Shown: piece by piece, positions 59,719 through 64,000 of the stretch
Layout of the letters: each line of letters begins with the position of its first letter
How positions within the stretch are numbered: position 1 is the stretch's first letter
Source of the DNA: Candidatus Acidiferrum sp.
GTDB lineage: Bacteria > Acidobacteriota > Terriglobia > Acidiferrales > UBA7541
DNA length: 64,000 nt
Direction of reading: 5' to 3'
NCBI GenBank assembly: GCA_036496505.1
Contig: DASXLA010000041.1
Location: 964 to 64,963 of the forward strand
Translations under genes and position numbers: made by a program
Notes under the pieces: generated by a model
Database searches by the model: none
What the model saw: only the letters and a program-made list of their open reading frames with translations
What the model was told of the DNA's origin: nothing

Positions 59719-60330
59719 TCAGGATTTGTCGGGGCGTTCTGTAACAGGCTGACGGCTTGCAGCCGGTAGAGCGGATTTCCTGCCGCCGGCGGATTCTCCA
59801 CTCAAGAGCGATTCCAAATCAGCATAGGCGTAAATGGTGGGTGCGTGGTTCTGCATCAAGCCGCCGGTGTCCGCGGTGGGCCCGTAGTTGCTGTGCAGCG
59901 CGTGGCCCAGCATGCGCAGCATGGCAATCTGCTGGCCGCGATGATGCGCGGTGTGGGCAATGCGGCGGGTGAGCACCCACGCGCGAGAGCGCTGCACATC
60001 GAAGAATGTCGCCGGCGCTTCCCACCATGGCTCTGGCTGCGCGCGTAAAACGTCTAAGCGCTTGGCGCTGTCTTCGGCGTACTGCCGAATGAACTGGAGT
60101 CGAGTATCGGCGGGCGGAAGCGGCGGAGCGTGCACGTCGATGGCGAGCATGTTGCGGAACCAGAGATCTTCACTGACACACTGGTGAACCATCTGTTCCA
60201 GAACGCTGCGGCCGCGCGGATCGCCGGAGCGAGGGCGGCGTGGCAAATCTTCGTCGCGAAATTCGCTCCAGGTGCTGACGACCTTGAGGCGTTCGGTTTC
60301 GTAAGTTTCCACTAAAAATTCGTACCTCAT
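59719..60330 (-). CDS. DinB-family protein
   Basis: EQMVHQ, H.AHHRGQ and YGPTAD motifs. Confidence 0.85.
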   Translation of the reverse strand: MRYEFLVETYETERLKVVSTWSEFRDEDLPRRPRSGDPRGRSVLEQMVHQCVSEDLWFRNMLAIDVHAPPLPPADTRLQFIRQYAEDSAKRLDVLRAQPEPWWEAPATFFDVQRSRAWVLTRRIAHTAHHRGQQIAMLRMLGHALHSNYGPTADTGGLMQNHAPTIYAYADLESLLSGESAGGRKSALPAASRQPVTERPDKS

Positions 60331-60394
60331 GAGAGTGGCCTCGGCGGAGTCGTTCTATCTCTATCTCGCCCCAGAACGGCTCGGGCGTAAATGA

Positions 60395-60949
60395 TTAGCG
60401 CGCAACGGCATAGTGCAATCGAACCACGCCGTCCGTGAACTTCGTGATGGAGAGCAGTTTCAGCGGCACGGTGCGACGGCCGGGCGCGATCAGCGGAATG
60501 CCTTCGCCAATGAACGTCGGGATCACGCTGATGACGAACTCGTCGATTTCTCCTGCGTCGAGAAACGATGCAATGATGCCGGCGCCACCCATGATCCAGA
60601 TATTCCTGCCTTTTTTCTTTCGCAGACGGTTTGCGAAGGCTTTGACCGGTGCGTTCACAGACTCCACGCCGGCCGACGGCGGAGATAGAGGCGGGTTGCG
60701 TGTGAAGACATAGTTCCTGACGTTGGTATCGAATCCCGAGCCGGGCACGCCTTTTTTTTGAAAATCGAGAGCCATATCGTACGTCTTTCGGCCCCAGAGG
60801 ATCGTGTCGATCGATTTATAGAACGCACCCATGCCGTAATCGCCCTTGGGACTCGGACGGTCGAGCCAGTCGACAGAGCCGTCGGCGCGGCCAATAAAGC
60901 CGTCGGCACTGGTCGCGATATGGACGATGATTTTTCTTTTGCGAGCCAT
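60395..60949 (-). CDS. Dihydrofolate reductase/RibD C-terminal family protein
   Basis: IATSADGFI, GRKTY, IW.MGG and P..IGEGIPL motifs. Confidence 0.9.
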   Translation of the reverse strand: MARKRKIIVHIATSADGFIGRADGSVDWLDRPSPKGDYGMGAFYKSIDTILWGRKTYDMALDFQKKGVPGSGFDTNVRNYVFTRNPPLSPPSAGVESVNAPVKAFANRLRKKKGRNIWIMGGAGIIASFLDAGEIDEFVISVIPTFIGEGIPLIAPGRRTVPLKLLSITKFTDGVVRLHYAVAR

Positions 60950-60978
60950 CGCAGAATCCAGATATTCGGCGCCGGATG

Positions 60979-61536
60979 CTAGACAGCCAGCGCACGGCGG
61001 GCGGCAAGAGAAATCATCAGGCGAGCAAAGCCGCTGAATAGCATGCTGATGCCCAGGAGCGTGCCGAAAATCCATGGAGCGCTGAAGGGCCACGCGCGCC
61101 AGATGAGAATGGCGAGGACGAGGGTGATGATGCCGTCAAAAAACAGCCAACCGGATCCGGGCATGCCACGAACGAGAAAGCCCATGATGAATTCGAGCAC
61201 GCCTTCGGCGAATAAGTAGATGGCCAAGGCGAGGGTCAGCGACAGAATGCCGACGAGCGGATTGAAGAGCAGGTAGGCGCCAATCAGCATGTAGACGACG
61301 CCGATGAGCACTTGCCAGAGAAGCGCACCGGTGCCACGGGTGTGCCAGGCAAAAATCAAATGGGCCACACCGACGAAAATGAGAAGCCAGCCAAAGAAAA
61401 CAGTAGCGACGATGCCCGCTAACGGGGGCAGAAGGATGCCCAGAATTCCGGCGACAATCATAACGATGCTAAGGACGATGGATGAACCCACTGAGGTTTT
61501 CACCATCAAGGGAATGTGCGTGGACGTGACGCTCAT
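60979..61536 (-). CDS. HdeD/DUF308 membrane protein
   Basis: Six hydrophobic helices; GWLL..G and W..GTL.GISM..G motifs. Confidence 0.88.
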   Translation of the reverse strand: MSVTSTHIPLMVKTSVGSSIVLSIVMIVAGILGILLPPLAGIVATVFFGWLLIFVGVAHLIFAWHTRGTGALLWQVLIGVVYMLIGAYLLFNPLVGILSLTLALAIYLFAEGVLEFIMGFLVRGMPGSGWLFFDGIITLVLAILIWRAWPFSAPWIFGTLLGISMLFSGFARLMISLAARRALAV

Positions 61537-61714
61537 AACTTCCTCCAATCGTTTCGATGAAGCGCGTGCTGATTTGGGTCCCGGCCTGAAAATCCTCCCG
61601 GCGATGCCAGAGATTTTGCAGCAGACGAGCACGAATCGCCCGATGCGCGAGATATTACCGCAATGGGGGAACGGTTACGCGAGAAAAAAAATTGATGCGG
61701 CGAAGGCATGCGCC

Positions 61715-62572
61715 CTAGACGGCGCGTCTGAACAAGCAAACCCCGGACCACGGGCGCGATCCCTGAGCGCCATTGTGCTGCGGCAAATGAGAAAGCAAAC
61801 GCAAGAAGAACGGGGGACGCCTGAAGCGTGCGGCAGTTTTTAGAAGGCCCTGTACGTCGACGGGCTTCCAGCCGAGTGGCTGAAAGAAGAGAGGGCCCTC
61901 CGGCGGCGCAAATTTGAAAGAAGCGCCGACCTGGCTGAGGTGTGAGCCGGTGGTGCGCTGCATCATGCGCAGAAGTCCGGGCGAATGCAGATCGAGAATC
62001 CAGCTCTGGAATTGCGGGTAAGCCGCCAAATCGGCGGCGAGCGAAGCCACTTCCGCGGATTGCAGATAGATGATGAGGCCCTCGGTAATCACCAGAATAT
62101 TTTTGGCACGCGAAGCGAGAGCGGCCAACACCGGTTTGCGCGCGGCCGCGTCGGAAAGGTCCACAGGGATTCGTTCGAGACGGCAGACGGGTTTTTCCGC
62201 GGACAGGATTTCTGTTTTGAAGGACAGGATTTCGGGCAAATCGATTTCAATCCACTGGAGCGCAGCGGGCAGGGACATGCGATACGGGCGGGCATCGAGG
62301 CCGGCTGCGAGATTGACGACCATATCGGCGCCGCCACGAATCTGGCGCTCGATGAATTGATCGAAAAGATAAGTGCGTGCGACCCAGGCCCAGGCGTGAC
62401 GATTGCCCTCGGGCAGAGTGTTGGCAATGTCCACGCCGAGTGAGCCGGCGAGACGAGCAGCGAAGGGATCGCGGAAGAGCGCGTCGGGACGAGCCGTTTC
62501 GTTGGCGCGAAAGACGGCAGCCCAGCGAGCGGTGTCGGAAATATTGCGAACGAGGATGGGAGATTCGGCCAT
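61715..62572 (-). CDS. SAM-dependent methyltransferase (LCM/TIGR00027-like)
   Basis: TA...A..RA.E, F.DP.A, LAAGLDARPYR, EIDLP and TEGL..YL motifs. Confidence 0.9.
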   Translation of the reverse strand: MAESPILVRNISDTARWAAVFRANETARPDALFRDPFAARLAGSLGVDIANTLPEGNRHAWAWVARTYLFDQFIERQIRGGADMVVNLAAGLDARPYRMSLPAALQWIEIDLPEILSFKTEILSAEKPVCRLERIPVDLSDAAARKPVLAALASRAKNILVITEGLIIYLQSAEVASLAADLAAYPQFQSWILDLHSPGLLRMMQRTTGSHLSQVGASFKFAPPEGPLFFQPLGWKPVDVQGLLKTAARFRRPPFFLRLLSHLPQHNGAQGSRPWSGVCLFRRAV

Positions 62573-62657
62573 AATTTATTGAACGAAATGGCGCCAACGG
62601 CACGGATGCGACGGCGCTCATTATACGACGGCGGCATCGCGGGGCGACGAGAACGAA

Positions 62658-63119
62658 ATGGCCAAGAGCAGCGCGGGACTATTGATGTATCGCGAGCGGA
62701 ACGGGCGGCTGGAGGTGCTGCTGGTGCACCTGGGCGGACCTTTCTGGAAGAACAAGGATGCGGGGGCGTGGTTTGTGCCGAAGGGTGAAATTAATCCTGG
62801 CGAGGAGGAGCTGAGCGCAGCTCGCCGGGAATTTCAGGAAGAGACCGGGCTCGTTCCCAACGGGAAATTTCTGCCGTTGGGGAGCGTGAAGCACAAAAGC
62901 GGGAAGACGGTGACAGCGTGGGCGTTTGCGGGAGACTGCGACCCGGCGTCGCTCAAGAGCAACACGTTTGAAATGGAATGGCCGCCCAAATCGGGGAAGA
63001 TGACGCGTTTCCCGGAAATCGATCGCGCTGAGTTTTTTACCGTGGAGGGCGCGAAGGAGAAAATGCATCCAGCCGAGTTTGAATTTTTGGGGCGGCTGCA
63101 GAAGGAGCTCGCTGGTTAA
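62658..63119 (+). CDS. NUDIX hydrolase
   Basis: PKG.....E....AARREFQEETG Nudix box; EWPP.SG...FPEID motif. Confidence 0.92.
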   Translation: MAKSSAGLLMYRERNGRLEVLLVHLGGPFWKNKDAGAWFVPKGEINPGEEELSAARREFQEETGLVPNGKFLPLGSVKHKSGKTVTAWAFAGDCDPASLKSNTFEMEWPPKSGKMTRFPEIDRAEFFTVEGAKEKMHPAEFEFLGRLQKELAG

Positions 63120-63150
63120 GTTTTATTTTGCCGGTTGGGTGATCAGGAAA

Positions 63151-63633
63151 TTAGGATCCAGCTTGCCCCTGGGATTTTTCCGGGTCACTCAACGAGAGTT
63201 CGGAGTGCTTCTCTTCAGGCACAACGCCGAGCTGGCGCATGAGCGCGAGTTGGTCCCAATTGTCCCAGCCGGAAATTACCTTTCCATTTTTGAAGCGCAC
63301 CATGGTCATGCCAGTGACATGCGCTTTGCGATTGGTTGCGGGAATCCCCAAATCGTCGCCCAGGTGAGTCAAATCCGCAGACCAGCGCACGGCCACGTTA
63401 TCGCCTTCGCCGAAAGCGTCCTCCACGGTGATTTTTATGTCGGGAAAAGCGGCGCGGAGGCGTTGCGCAAAAGCGACAAAGCTGGCCGGTCCGTGGAATT
63501 CCGACTGATCACCGGCCTGACCGAAAGCGGAGCAATGTTCATCCATAAGCTCGGTGATCGTCTGCATGCGGCCCTGGTTCCAGACTTCATCAAACCAACG
63601 GCGCATGAGGGCGCAATTTTCAGCGGCGGGCAT
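63151..63633 (-). CDS. SnoaL-like ester cyclase
   Basis: EVWNQG, AFPD, EGD.V..RW, THLG..GIPAT and D.L.L..QLG motifs. Confidence 0.88.
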   Translation of the reverse strand: MPAAENCALMRRWFDEVWNQGRMQTITELMDEHCSAFGQAGDQSEFHGPASFVAFAQRLRAAFPDIKITVEDAFGEGDNVAVRWSADLTHLGDDLGIPATNRKAHVTGMTMVRFKNGKVISGWDNWDQLALMRQLGVVPEEKHSELSLSDPEKSQGQAGS

Positions 63634-63892
63634 AGTGGGCTCCTTGACCGGGAACGCTTTACGGGAGGCTAGGCCGTTTCTATAGAACATTTGAAAGACT
63701 GTCAATTCATTCTTTATTCATACCGGCGTCAAAGTTGGCGGGCCCGAATCGTGGAATAAATCTCCGCCGGGACGATTTTCCGGAAGGGTTGACTTCGACG
63801 AAACAGTCCGGTAAACCGTTTAGACGGGCCGATTTTAGACTCGCATGAACCGTTAGAACATTTATTTACATTTCGACTATCAAGGAGGAGTT

Positions 63893-64000
63893 ATGGCGAA
63901 GAACGTGCGCGCTATTCCCGAGGGATATCACACAATCACTCCGGCTCTGACGTGTAAGGGAGCGGCCAAGGCCATCGATTTTTACAAGAAGGCTTTGGGC
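63893..64000 (+). CDS. VOC/PhnB family protein, partial (5' end)
   Basis: AGGAGGAG RBS; MAKNVRAIPEGYHTITPALTCKGAAKAIDFYKKALG. Confidence 0.85.
   Translation, partial: MAKNVRAIPEGYHTITPALTCKGAAKAIDFYKKALG

Overview
GC-rich bacterial chromosomal window. Gene content and style suggest Acidobacteriota (Terriglobia-like); this is inferred, not proven. About 55 CDSs mix housekeeping genes (efp, purB, thiL, leuA/leuB, msrA) with accessory loci. No rRNA, complete tRNA or CRISPR array was seen. Main points: (1) A 9-gene, largely translationally coupled lipid operon (33707-44908, minus) encodes a pseudo-HAD/fatty-acyl reductase fusion, a second reductase, a pyruvyl-transferase-like protein, two acyl-AMP ligases, an enoyl-CoA hydratase, an ACP, a DAG-kinase-like protein and a PlsC acyltransferase. 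It resembles a split, extended version of myxobacterial ElbD ether-lipid machinery and sits just downstream of a regulatory-domain-less leuA plus leuB. (2) A hidden membrane-anchored deiodinase-like selenoprotein (27748-28512, in-frame TGA plus SECIS-like hairpin) is split in two by the ORF track; it is divergent from a tiny IxxNQxx coiled-coil gene and an arylsulfotransferase. (3) A REP-associated tyrosine transposase (RAYT) has inverted 42-bp REPs, a tandem duplication, directly repeated units bracketing a cargo gene, and a tRNA-fMet 3'-end fragment. (4) A dispersed promoter-bearing pyrimidine-rich element occurs twice (22179, 52172), once with a triplicated core. Also present: RES-Xre and ParDE toxin-antitoxin pairs, an ECF sigma/anti-sigma/HEAT-repeat operon, and an EF-P with Asn at the normally modified loop tip. 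All product calls come from motif recognition by eye; no database searches were run.
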